Source: Eubacteriales bacterium
Lineage (GTDB): Bacteria; Bacillota; Clostridia; Oscillospirales; CAG-272
NCBI GenBank assembly: GCA_045588165.1
Contig: JAZNDP010000100.1
Span: 1 to 53,127 of the forward strand
Direction of reading: 5' to 3'
DNA length: 53,127 nt
The notes beneath the pieces are model-generated. The model ran no database searches, was not told where the DNA came from, and saw only the letters and a list, made by a program, of their open reading frames with translations. A program made the position numbers and the translations under genes. Positions 8,714-16,982 of the stretch are shown here, in pieces (positions within the stretch are counted from its first letter, which is position 1; each line of letters starts with the position of its first letter).

Positions 8714-10168
8714 TCACGATTCATTTGTTTGCTTACTGTCCAGATACTCCTCCAGACAAAGATCTCCGAAGAAAATGTCCGAAGCGGCTTCCCGACCGAC
8801 GAAGCGGAAGTGCCACGACTCATAGCTGTATCCCGTTTTATCCACCTTGTGGGAGGGATAACGGAGAATAAAGCCAAATTGATGCGCGTTGTCACGTAGC
8901 CACGCGAAGGCTTCCGTGTTCTCAAATTGGTTGTTCAGCTCTCCGCCGATGGAGACAGAGGAAAAGTCTACGCAAAGTCCCGTCTGGTGCTCGCTTTCTC
9001 CCGGCTTTGAGGAATAGGTGGAGATCTCTGCTCGGATCTGTTCGTCGGACCACTCCGGATGCTTCTGCTTTTCCTGATCGTAATAATACTCATTGTAAAG
9101 CCAGTTCTGCTGGGCATAGGAGCGGTAGGAGCTGGTGACGAATACGTCGGTGATGCCGTGGGCTGCCATTTCGTTCATCATGGCGGTGAGCGCCGAGGCA
9201 GCGTTTGCGTCCATCAACTGCTTTTCACCGTCGGTAGGACAGGTCAGCTCGATCACGTTTGGCTTGAAATCCTCTCCCAGAGGGTTTTGTTTGTTGGCAA
9301 GAAGCAGATTTTCCGTTTCTATACTTGACAAATAAGGAGTGATATCCGTTTCGTAGTAGTACAAGTATTTTGGCGGTTCGGCCTCAGGCGGAATAACGGT
9401 GAATCGGGAGGAATTGAACAGCAGATCTGCTTCGATTTTTGGGTCATCTTCGTCCTCTGCGGGCAGATATTTCCGCTGGACGGTAATGGTGTTGGTCTTC
9501 TCGTCCAAACGGAGCAAAAGGCCGTTTGATACGGCGCGGGTCAGAAACCGATAGGGAACCAGACACTGTCCGTCCTCCATGTATACCTTGGCAAGGACGT
9601 CTTTTTCCTTTGTGTGCATGGGGATGAAGATCTCTACCTGATCTCCGTTGATCAAGGCAAGGTCACTGTCGTGCTCGAATTGCAGATAGGAGTTGTTCGT
9701 CCCCGTAAAGCGAAGCTTGCTCTGTGGGGAGCCGCTGACCGTCAGTCCCGCGTAAGTAGCGATCTGCCGCAGATCTACGTAAAGTACACCGTCTCGAACC
9801 AGATGGTCATAAGAAACGGTGACGGGCTTGTTTTCTCCCATAGTAATGGTGAAATCTGCCGTGCTTGGACGGTTGGCAAGCCACGAAAAAAACAGAATGC
9901 CTCCAAGAATCAGTCCCGCGATCAAGGCAAGGCAGATGATGATGACAGCGGCGCTGACCCACTTGTTTTTTTTGGCAAAACGAGCAACCTGCGCCCGCTC
10001 CGAGGCGTCGTGAGGAGGAAGTTTGCTGCGATCCTCTCCCGTTTGCTCCACGGCGGCGCGAAACATGGTCATCTCTGCCGACGAAAGGGTATCGTCACGG
10101 GCGGAGAGCTGCGCTTCGAGACGCTCCGTATCCTCGGATTCGTCGATAATAGTCCTTTTCTTTTTCAT
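8714..10168 (-). CDS. Membrane-anchored VanY/M15B-family D-alanyl-D-alanine carboxypeptidase
   Basis: N-terminal TM segment (AAVIIICLALIAGLILGGILFFSWL). The C-terminal domain has SEHQTGLCVD and ESWHFRFVG, matching the M15 SxHxxGxAxD and ExxH zinc-peptidase motifs. Confidence 0.85.
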   Translation of the reverse strand: MKKKRTIIDESEDTERLEAQLSARDDTLSSAEMTMFRAAVEQTGEDRSKLPPHDASERAQVARFAKKNKWVSAAVIIICLALIAGLILGGILFFSWLANRPSTADFTITMGENKPVTVSYDHLVRDGVLYVDLRQIATYAGLTVSGSPQSKLRFTGTNNSYLQFEHDSDLALINGDQVEIFIPMHTKEKDVLAKVYMEDGQCLVPYRFLTRAVSNGLLLRLDEKTNTITVQRKYLPAEDEDDPKIEADLLFNSSRFTVIPPEAEPPKYLYYYETDITPYLSSIETENLLLANKQNPLGEDFKPNVIELTCPTDGEKQLMDANAASALTAMMNEMAAHGITDVFVTSSYRSYAQQNWLYNEYYYDQEKQKHPEWSDEQIRAEISTYSSKPGESEHQTGLCVDFSSVSIGGELNNQFENTEAFAWLRDNAHQFGFILRYPSHKVDKTGYSYESWHFRFVGREAASDIFFGDLCLEEYLDSKQTNES

Positions 10169-10204
10169 TCTATGTACGGTCCTTTTGGAAAATTCGGGTG
10201 TGGA

Positions 10205-10765
10205 TTACGGCTTGTTTTCAATGATGATGAAAAAGGGTGAGGTGGGAGAGTTGAGAATATTGATCCTTGTGGCGCATACGCGGTAGCGGGACAGGGAAGA
10301 GAGATAGTCACAAATCATCTTGCCCTCCGCTTCCCCCTCCGCGTGTCCGGGATAGACGGCTACCAGAATAATGGCGTCCCGATCCATCAGCTCGATGGCA
10401 GCCTCAATGGCGGGGAGCGTGGTTTCTCTCATGGTGGTCACCGTCTTGTCACTGCCGGGGAGATATCCCAGATTGAACATCCCCGCCTTGATGGGAACGT
10501 TCACGTATTTTTTTACGTTGTGATGGGAGTCGAGAATGAGAGTGCAGTTGTCGGGACAGCCGCTTTTCTTCAAATGCTCCGCCGTAGAGGAGAGAGCCAT
10601 TTCCTGTACGTCAAAGGCATACACGTGTCCCGTCGGTCCCACGGTCTTGGATAAAAATTCGGTGTCGTGACCGTTTCCCATGGTAAAATCCACGGCAATA
10701 TCACCCTCCTTTAGGTGAGTGAGAATAAAATGTTTTTGCAGATCCAGTAAATCAATCATAATCAA
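10205..10765 (-). CDS. Class I SAM-dependent methyltransferase, YtqB/MnmM (putative rRNA-methylase family)-like
   Basis: 186 aa. The SAM motif VDFTMGNGHDT, the FNLGYLPG motif and the overall size match the YtqB-type family (from memory). Confidence 0.7.
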   Translation of the reverse strand: MIMIDLLDLQKHFILTHLKEGDIAVDFTMGNGHDTEFLSKTVGPTGHVYAFDVQEMALSSTAEHLKKSGCPDNCTLILDSHHNVKKYVNVPIKAGMFNLGYLPGSDKTVTTMRETTLPAIEAAIELMDRDAIILVAVYPGHAEGEAEGKMICDYLSSLSRYRVCATRINILNSPTSPFFIIIENKP

Positions 10766-10781
10766 GACCCCTCGTGTATCC

Positions 10782-11498
10782 TTATTTTTTCTTTTCCGGT
10801 GGCTTGTGCAGATCGGAGCGGAGAAATTTCATGGCTCTCTCCACCGCGTCCTTGGAGTCGTACCAAGGCTCCTGATCGTACCGATAATCGAACTTTTTGC
10901 AGAACCAGCTCACGTCGCCACTCAGCTTTTCCATATAATTGCCTACGATAGAGGAGCAGACCTTTTCAAATTCGGGAAATTGCTTTTTGGACAAAGCGGT
11001 AGAGGCGTAGGAAAGCATCCGTCGATAGTGGGGGAGACAGAAGTAGGGCTGGGCGGCAAGCTTGTCTCGGAACGTCTCGTACTTCTCCCAGAGCAGGACT
11101 GCCGTTTCGATCATGTGACCGAAATTGAACTCAATGCGGCGGCAAACGTAGCAAGAGTCCTCTAAAGCACCGATCCGCTTGATCGCCTTCTGCCCGGGGG
11201 CAGAGAAGAGGCCGCCACCGCGCATCTCCCCCGATAGCTCGGTAAGATGGCTTTCCAGTGTCAGCGCCATGCCAAGGCGGTTCTTCCGTGTGAACATCAT
11301 GTCGTAGTGTGTGCGGCAAAATCCCTCTTTGTTGGTCTGTATCCGCACGTCCGGCTCCATCATGGAGGCCCCCAGAATCAGATCCAGCTCGTCGTCCTCC
11401 AGCTTATTGTAAAGGGCGCAAAAGGGACAGCCGCATTCCGGTTTGGCGGCGGACGCCTCAAACGCTTCGTTGACGGGTATGGTATAGATGGTTTCCAT
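10782..11498 (-). CDS. Cys-rich hypothetical protein (DUF6062-like)
   Basis: Start chosen at METIYTIPV (ATG 11498, AGGAGG upstream). Has CGCPFC, CYVC and CLPHY motifs. The upstream 63 codons of the track ORF are AT-rich promoter-like sequence. Confidence 0.65.
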   Translation of the reverse strand: METIYTIPVNEAFEASAAKPECGCPFCALYNKLEDDELDLILGASMMEPDVRIQTNKEGFCRTHYDMMFTRKNRLGMALTLESHLTELSGEMRGGGLFSAPGQKAIKRIGALEDSCYVCRRIEFNFGHMIETAVLLWEKYETFRDKLAAQPYFCLPHYRRMLSYASTALSKKQFPEFEKVCSSIVGNYMEKLSGDVSWFCKKFDYRYDQEPWYDSKDAVERAMKFLRSDLHKPPEKKK

Positions 11499-11677
11499 AA
11501 AAAATCCTCCTTGGGACTTGCAATCGGATCGGGGGTATGATATAATACACAATAACAACAGTATATCATACTCTTGCCGCTTTATCAAGAGCTTTTTGAG
11601 GATTTGTTGACCATATATATAAAAAAACAGACCGATTATATAAAAATGGCAAATTTTTGTACGAAGGAGAGAAAAGA

Positions 11678-11845
11678 ATGGAGCCAAAGGATTACATCGT
11701 GAAAAAAATTGAGGGAGAATACGCGACTCTTGTCGATCTCTCTACCGGAGAGGAGCTGTTTATTGCCATGGCTCTTTTGCCTCTCGGTACTGATATCGGA
11801 AGCGGGTTGCATTATGAAATGCTGGAGTACAGCTTAGCAGGATAA
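11678..11845 (+). CDS. DUF3006-like small protein
   Basis: MEPKDYIVKKIEGEYATLVDLSTGEELFIAMALLPLGTDIGSGL matches the DUF3006 pattern (xIVDRIEGxxAVLE....lP..a.eGd.l). SD GAAGGAGAG lies upstream of ATG 11678. Confidence 0.6.
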   Translation: MEPKDYIVKKIEGEYATLVDLSTGEELFIAMALLPLGTDIGSGLHYEMLEYSLAG

Positions 11846-11862
11846 GAAAAAATAAAATGAAA

Positions 11863-11902
11863 GGGTTCCTCCCGCAAGATTCGCGTCGGGGGAACCTTTT
11901 TT
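11863..11902 (+). terminator. Rho-independent terminator
   Basis: GGGTTCCTCCCGC ... GCGTCGGGGGAACC stem followed by TTTTTT (11897-11902). Confidence 0.65.
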
Positions 11903-11955
11903 GTGTGCGAAGGGCTTTTAATCATGGAAAAACCGATTGATTCATATAGTTATTT

Positions 11956-12918
11956 ATGAATATGTCAAAACAATTACCGGAAAGGCGGAGCATGATGAAA
12001 GCATCGGAAAAGCAGAGAGTAGGAGGGAATCAGAGATGGGGGTTGACCGAGGCGGAGGTGTCGGCATCCCGCGAAAAGCATGGGGCGAATCTTCTCAGCG
12101 GTGGAGAGACTCGTGGATTTTGGCGGCTCTTTTTTGGCAATCTTGGAGATCCTGTGATCCGCATTTTGCTCTGTGCTTTGGGAGTCAATTTATTTTTTGT
12201 GTTTCGGGGAGGAGATTGGATCGAAACGCTGGGGATCGGCGTATCGGTCTTTCTTGCCACCTTGATTTCCACCCTGTCCGAGCGAGGAAGCGAGAGGGCG
12301 TTCCATAGGCTTTCAGAGGAATGCGACCGTTCGGAGGTGCGAGCGCTTCGAGACGGTGTCTGGCGACAGATTCCCATGGAGGAGATTGTTGTAGGGGATC
12401 TTTTGCGAATCAGCGCGGGAGAGCAGGTTCCCGCCGACGGGTACGTCATCAGCGGTTCTCTTACGGTGGATCAGTCAGCAATGACGGGAGAGAATCGGGA
12501 GATTGAAAAAATCAGAAGCTCCGATAAAACGAAAAACCCCAATGGAAAGAGCGCGGTTTTTCGTGGCTGTCCCGTGCTTGGTGGCGAGGCGGAGGTGGAG
12601 GTGTTTGCGGTAGGAGACGCCACCTTCCTCGGACAAATCTCGGGGGAGCTCCGTATTGAAACGAGAGAGAGTCCGCTGAAGATTCGCCTGACAAAGCTTG
12701 CGAAGCAGATCAGCCGTCTTGGATATTTTGCCGCGGCACTTGTGGCGTTTGCCTATCTTTTTAACGTATTTTTTATCGACAGCGGCTATCATACCGATAT
12801 GATTCTTATGAAGCTTCGGGATTTCTCCTATCTTGGGGCACACCTGCTCAAGGCGTTCATGCTTGGCCTGACCGTGGTGGTAGTAGCCGTTCCCGATGGT
12901 ATAGCCTATTATAACTGA
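11956..12918 (+). pseudogene. P-type cation-transporting ATPase (P2/Ca2+-type), N-terminal fragment truncated by element insertion
   Basis: Cation_ATPase_N-like LTEAEVSASREKHGANLL and actuator-domain TGE motif (DQSAMTGEN). The reading frame runs ...LGLTVVVVAVP, then leaves the ATPase sequence at 12894 (DGIAYYN-stop is element-encoded). The continuation is at 31229. Confidence 0.9.
12890..12917. other. attL (core TTCC 12890-12893 plus element-side arm AGCCTATTATAACTG 12903-12917)
   Basis: TTCC is the only sequence shared at both junctions. The element arm is the near-perfect inverted copy (14/15) of CAGTTATATTAGGCT at attR. Confidence 0.8.
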
Positions 12919-12937
12919 ATGATTCCAACAAATAAAT

Positions 12938-14329
12938 TTATTGGTTTGTGTGAAAAACGACGTGGAAGGTGCCTTCTTCGGTAACGGTGATCTGTTTGAT
13001 TGTCCGAGACCAGAAGGCTTTTTTTGATTCCTCGGAGAGCTTGTGGTAGGACTCCAAGGCGTATTTGAATTTCTTGACGTCGATTTCTTTTTTAGTTTGT
13101 TCCTTGTTCTGTTGCTCGGCTTCTTTGAGCGAGGCTGTTAGAGCAAAGTAATCCTTTTCATATGATTCTCTTGAAATCAGATCGTTTAGATAAAGGTCTT
13201 TGAGTTTATCAAGCTTTGCGTAGATCTTAGTTGTATCAATGAGTTTCTTTGGACCTTGCTTTTGCTGATCGCGAATCATACGGTTGTATTTTTCGGCTTC
13301 AAGCTGGAGATTCTGAAGGAGCCATTCTTCCAGCTTTGCTTGGTTGAATTGTCTGCTGGTAGGACAGATTCTCATTGTATGCGCCGGGCAACGGTAGTAT
13401 ATGAAGGTTTGTTTTACGGATCCGTCAGCTCGTTTGTTTGCGCAGCTGTAGGTTGTCATTCTTCGACCGCAGGAGCCGCAAAAGACAAGTCCTGTGAAAA
13501 GGTATACGCGATTGGATCGAGTACCGTCGTATCGTGCAGATCTCGTTTCTAAAATGGATCCTGCGAGATTAAATGTTTCTTCGGTAATAATAGCAGGACA
13601 CCATCCCTTGATTCCGTAAGCTTCTCCAATATACCAACGATTGGTGAGCATTCGTTTCATGCTTTTTACGTCAATAAATATCCCGTATTCTTCCATGATA
13701 TAACGGGAGGTAGCCTTCATGGATCGGCAATCGATGTATTTGTTGAACATGGCGCGGACGATTTCGGCGCCGCTCTCGTCAATTACGATGCGCTTGTCCT
13801 GAATGGCAAAGCCAAGAGAGGTCATGCCGGAGATTACGCGACCTTCCTTGACCATGTTCTGGAATGCGAACTTGATTCGCTCGGAGGTTCGGTCTGCCTC
13901 GTCTTGGGCAATTGCTAGCTTGATATTCAGTGCCAAGCGTCCATTTGCTGTGGTGGTGTCGTAATCCTCCTCTGTGGCGATCCATTGAACCTTGTGACGG
14001 TCGAGAATGGTCTGGACCTCGTAGAAGTCCGCGATATTACGGAACCAACGGTCCAGCTTGATGAAGAGAATGACGTCGATCTTGCCGAGCTTGACGTCAT
14101 CGATCATGCGCATGAATGCGCCTCGGCGAGTGTAACGCTTTCGCGCGGAGATTCCCTCGTCCACGTAGAGGTCAACGATCTGAAGGTCGTTGTCCTTTGC
14201 GTATTGGATGAGACGCTCTTTTTGAGCATCGAGGGAAACACCGTGCATGGCTTGTTCTTCTGTTGAAACACGAGCATATAGAGCAGCTCTCCGGATTCCG
14301 TTATCAATTCTTTTTTGCTTATATGCCAT
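12938..14329 (-). CDS. Large serine recombinase (integrase)
   Basis: 463 aa. Resolvase-type N-terminal domain with catalytic-Ser context AALYARVSTEEQ, then a recombinase domain, a zinc ribbon (CGSCGRRM...YYRCPAH) and a C-terminal coiled-coil region. The stop lies 45 nt from the attL core. Confidence 0.95.
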   Translation of the reverse strand: MAYKQKRIDNGIRRAALYARVSTEEQAMHGVSLDAQKERLIQYAKDNDLQIVDLYVDEGISARKRYTRRGAFMRMIDDVKLGKIDVILFIKLDRWFRNIADFYEVQTILDRHKVQWIATEEDYDTTTANGRLALNIKLAIAQDEADRTSERIKFAFQNMVKEGRVISGMTSLGFAIQDKRIVIDESGAEIVRAMFNKYIDCRSMKATSRYIMEEYGIFIDVKSMKRMLTNRWYIGEAYGIKGWCPAIITEETFNLAGSILETRSARYDGTRSNRVYLFTGLVFCGSCGRRMTTYSCANKRADGSVKQTFIYYRCPAHTMRICPTSRQFNQAKLEEWLLQNLQLEAEKYNRMIRDQQKQGPKKLIDTTKIYAKLDKLKDLYLNDLISRESYEKDYFALTASLKEAEQQNKEQTKKEIDVKKFKYALESYHKLSEESKKAFWSRTIKQITVTEEGTFHVVFHTNQ

Positions 14330-14350
14330 AGTGTCCTCTTTTTTTAAAAA

Positions 14351-14695
14351 TTATGAAAAGATGCTACCTAAAATGCCTAATCCGGTTATTCCCAAAATTG
14401 CTAGTACAATGAGTATGATGCACATGCAACCGCAACCGATTCCCATTGTTCCGCCGAAGGCTTTTGAAAAACAACCTTCTTCGTCTTGCTGATTTGTGTT
14501 CATATCAATATCAAAACTTATTGGCTCCTTCTGTTGCTGTTGGCAAGCACAGAGTTGCCCCCTTAGGTGATAGGAGCCGCAACAAGGGCATTTTATAATT
14601 TCGCCATTGTTTACTTTTTCTTGACATTGACGACAGAGGTCGTATATGTCAGAGGGAAGACCGCAAATCTTGCATTTTTTTGAATTGTTTCCCAT
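14351..14695 (-). CDS. Zinc-ribbon protein with C-terminal Gly/Cys-rich transmembrane helix (hypothetical)
   Basis: CKICG...CRQC and CPCCG...CAC motifs, an acidic linker, then GIGCGCMCIILIVLAILGITGLGILGSIFS. Same strand as and immediately upstream of the integrase gene. Confidence 0.6.
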   Translation of the reverse strand: MGNNSKKCKICGLPSDIYDLCRQCQEKVNNGEIIKCPCCGSYHLRGQLCACQQQQKEPISFDIDMNTNQQDEEGCFSKAFGGTMGIGCGCMCIILIVLAILGITGLGILGSIFS

Positions 14696-14817
14696 TGTCG
14701 TGTTCCTTTTTAGAATATTTTATGTCAATATAGTGTAAACTCTTCAAGAATTTTACCAATATTTACCGCTGTACTTGTAATTGCTCTTCATGTAAAATAG
14801 TACATGGAGGTGATTAT

Positions 14818-15441
14818 ATGTATAAGAACTATCAAGCTGCCAGAGATCATGCCTGGCAGTATTTAATTCGGCACAAGGTAAGGGAATTGCCTGTGGATGT
14901 ATTTGCCTTGTGTCGCGCTGACGGGATCGTGTTGGTACCGTATTCGTCCCCGGAAGCTTTGCCTATGGCTAAACTGATCCATGCGGAGGAGTTCATGACA
15001 CAAACGGATGGATTTGTTGTACAGCTTGCGGGAGAAATTACAATTTTCTGGGATGATTCTTTACCGTTACCACGTCAGCGTTTTACGATTGCCCATGAGC
15101 TCGGTCATGTCTACAATGGAGATCTTGGACCGATCCCAACAATGCGAAATCAAGAACCATCCGATGATGACGATCCGAGAGAGACAGCTGCAAATATTTT
15201 TGCATCAAGGATTCTTGCTCCTGCTTGTGTCCTGTGGGCTCTTGAGGTTCGGGATCCTAAAGCGATTGCTGATCTTTGTTGCATTTCTCAAGAGTCGGCA
15301 AAATGGAGGTATAAAAGGCTCCTTTTGCTTTATGAAAGGGAAAAGCAGTTTATCTCAAGGTATGGTAGGTCCTGTTTTTTGATGTCTCCATTGGAGAAAA
15401 AAGTTTTTAAGCAGTTCAAAAAATACATAGTACGTCAATAG
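14818..15441 (+). CDS. ImmA/IrrE-family metallopeptidase (anti-repressor protease)
   Basis: HEXXH motif in FTIAHELGHVYNGD, plus DUF955-like context and size (207 aa). SD GGAGGTG upstream. Confidence 0.85.
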   Translation: MYKNYQAARDHAWQYLIRHKVRELPVDVFALCRADGIVLVPYSSPEALPMAKLIHAEEFMTQTDGFVVQLAGEITIFWDDSLPLPRQRFTIAHELGHVYNGDLGPIPTMRNQEPSDDDDPRETAANIFASRILAPACVLWALEVRDPKAIADLCCISQESAKWRYKRLLLLYEREKQFISRYGRSCFLMSPLEKKVFKQFKKYIVRQ

Positions 15442-15454
15442 TTTTATGAAACTT

Positions 15455-15483
15455 GGAACCTTCCGTTTGGAGGGTTCTTTTTA
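15455..15483 (+). terminator. Terminator between the convergent immA-like and repressor genes
   Basis: GGAACCTTCC (15455-15464) / GGAGGGTTC (15469-15477) stem followed by TTTTT. Confidence 0.5.
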
Positions 15484-15484
15484 T

Positions 15485-15904
15485 TTATTTTTTGCTTCTT
15501 TTCTTTTTAAAGTCTCTGATTTCTTCTTCGGTGAGTTCTGTATTCATTTGAGATCCATCGCGAGCCGCAATCTTTGCTTGAGATTTTTTTTCTTCGATAC
15601 CGAGAAGGCGGTTTACCGCTGATCGCATTTCAGGATGACTCCGATAGGCTTCGATAACGGATTGTTCTTGTTCTGAATATTTTAATGCGACACTTCTGAA
15701 TCTAATATCAGATAATCCAAATAGATAGTCTGTAGATATTTGAAAATAGTTTGCGATTTTTATTATTGTAGAATTATCAGGTTCTCTTCGGTTTTGTTCA
15801 TACATTCCGATGGCACTTGCTGAAGTATCTAATAGTGTGGCTAATTGTTTTTGTGTGAGTTTCTTTTCATTTCTTAATGTCTTAATTTTATTGCCTATAT
15901 TCAT
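15485..15904 (-). CDS. XRE-family HTH repressor (CI/ImmR-like)
   Basis: N-terminal HTH_3 pattern IKTLRNEKKLTQKQLATLLDTSASAIGMYEQNRREPDNSTIIKIANYFQISTDYLFG. 139 aa with a C-terminal extension. Divergent from the early operon. Confidence 0.9.
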   Translation of the reverse strand: MNIGNKIKTLRNEKKLTQKQLATLLDTSASAIGMYEQNRREPDNSTIIKIANYFQISTDYLFGLSDIRFRSVALKYSEQEQSVIEAYRSHPEMRSAVNRLLGIEEKKSQAKIAARDGSQMNTELTEEEIRDFKKKRSKK

Positions 15905-15934
15905 ATACTGTCTCCAATTACACGATTTGTATAT

Positions 15935-15963
15935 ATTATATCACACAAATTGTGCAAAAGCAA
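15935..15963 (-). promoter_or_regulatory. Leftward sigma-A-type promoter for the repressor gene
   Basis: Minus strand: TTGCTT (15963-15958), 17-nt spacer, TGaTATAAT extended -10 (TATAAT = 15940-15935). O2 lies in the spacer. Confidence 0.55.
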
Positions 15964-15991
15964 CAAATTACACAAAATGTGTAAAAATATC

Positions 15992-16020
15992 TTGACAATA
16001 CACGGAACGTGTGATATTAT
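15992..16020 (+). promoter_or_regulatory. Rightward early promoter
   Basis: TTGACA (15992-15997), 17-nt spacer, TATTAT (16015-16020). O4 lies in the spacer and O5 just downstream of the expected +1. Confidence 0.6.
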
Positions 16021-16043
16021 TTTAGTGTGGAACCACGAATCGT

Positions 16044-16274
16044 GTGATTGGAGGTGTTTTATTGCAATGGTTGATATCTATTCGTAAGGAATTAGGACTT
16101 ACTCGAAAAGTCGTGGCCCAAAGGGCTTTTATATCGGAAAGTTATTATCAAAAAATCGAATATGGTCAACGAATGGTTTCTGTTTCAGTAGCAAAAAGAA
16201 TTGCTACTGTATTATCGTTTGATTGGCAGCGTTTTTTTGATGATAACGATGATGATCTTGTGAAGGAGGAATAA
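16044..16274 (+). CDS. Small XRE-family HTH protein (Cro-like)
   Basis: IRKELGLTRKVVAQRAFISESYYQKIEYGQRMVSVSVAKRIATVL is an HTH_3-like segment. The real start is probably TTG 16062, preceded by GGAGGTG (16050-56). Confidence 0.75.
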   Translation: MIGGVLLQWLISIRKELGLTRKVVAQRAFISESYYQKIEYGQRMVSVSVAKRIATVLSFDWQRFFDDNDDDLVKEE

Positions 16275-16685
16275 ATGTTATCTGAATTGTATATTGAGCA
16301 GGTAAAAGCGGATCTGAAGGATATGTCGGATGCTACCAAGGGAGAAGAAGGGATTATCCTATTGGAAGCCTTGGCGGTGTTATCCGTTCTTCAGGAAACA
16401 TACCGTGAGGTGCGTGAGAAGGAAGCAAAAGAAAAAGCCTCGGAGGCAACCGAGGCTAAGGATAAACTTGTTTGTTTGGATCTTTCGGATCTTGCTTGGG
16501 AATCTCTTTCGGATATGTCTGAAACGTTCATTAAGTGTTGCAGTAAGTATTCTAATATTTCTTCTTTTGCTAGTCACGGATCTATTGCTGATTGTCCGGA
16601 AAAGATATTTACTGTGAGATTAAAACGTTTGCCCCGTACTCAACTGCGTATTTCAATTAAGACTGAAATTAGTCAGCGGAGTTAA
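16275..16685 (+). CDS. Hypothetical acidic protein
   Basis: 136-aa ORF with GAAGGAGG upstream. The start abuts the stop of the Cro-like gene. No recognisable domain. Confidence 0.55.
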   Translation: MLSELYIEQVKADLKDMSDATKGEEGIILLEALAVLSVLQETYREVREKEAKEKASEATEAKDKLVCLDLSDLAWESLSDMSETFIKCCSKYSNISSFASHGSIADCPEKIFTVRLKRLPRTQLRISIKTEISQRS

Positions 16686-16929
16686 ATTTTTTAGCGTTGC
16701 TTTTGGCTCTCTTGAGTGATTTTGAGATTTTTTCGATAAGATCCTCAAGTTGATCTTGAGAGAGTCGTAAGTTTTCTTGTTCGGTAATGTAGGCAACGTA
16801 TGCAGCGGCGATTGCCTTTTCTGCACTACTCCCGTCTGCTATTTTACCGCTTACTTTCCCTTTTAATTTTTCTTTTTCTTTGTCGAAGATATATTCGCCA
16901 AGGAATGCTGTTTTGAAATTTTTGAACAT
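16669..16929 (-). CDS. Hypothetical 86-aa protein on the opposite strand to the early operon
   Basis: SD GGAGG lies 5 nt upstream of ATG 16929 and the gene has its own promoter (next feature). The predicted product is helical and Lys/Glu-rich. Its 3' end overlaps the previous gene by 17 nt. Confidence 0.6.
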   Translation of the reverse strand: MFKNFKTAFLGEYIFDKEKEKLKGKVSGKIADGSSAEKAIAAAYVAYITEQENLRLSQDQLEDLIEKISKSLKRAKSNAKKFNSAD

Positions 16930-16952
16930 TGTTACCTCCAGTTTTTTATTTT

Positions 16953-16981
16953 ATTATAGCATGGAGGAGGAGGAAAATCAA
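16953..16981 (-). promoter_or_regulatory. Minus-strand promoter for the 86-aa gene
   Basis: Minus strand: TTGATT (16981-16976), 17-nt spacer, TGcTATAAT (TATAAT = 16958-16953). It overlaps the SD/start region of the plus-strand gene at 16983. Confidence 0.5.
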
Positions 16982-16982
16982 G

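Larger units (their letters stand above)
15921..16044. promoter_or_regulatory. Operator array: five 11-bp CAC(R)-N3-(Y)GTG palindromes
   Basis: O1 CACGATTTGTA 15921-31 (degenerate); O2 CACAAATTGTG 15944-54; O3 CACAAAATGTG 15971-81 (within perfect TTACACA-N3-TGTGTAA); O4 CACGGAACGTG 16001-11; O5 CACGAATCGTG 16034-44. Confidence 0.65.

Noticed and set aside
10782-11687. Upstream 63 codons of the 301-aa track ORF, and similar upstream extensions at 7945..8658, 44360.., 46178.., 51920.., 16929.. and 19124...
   Set aside because: In each case an internal Met with a strong SD begins the conserved or protein-like part, and the upstream residues are AT-rich or overlap the preceding gene.
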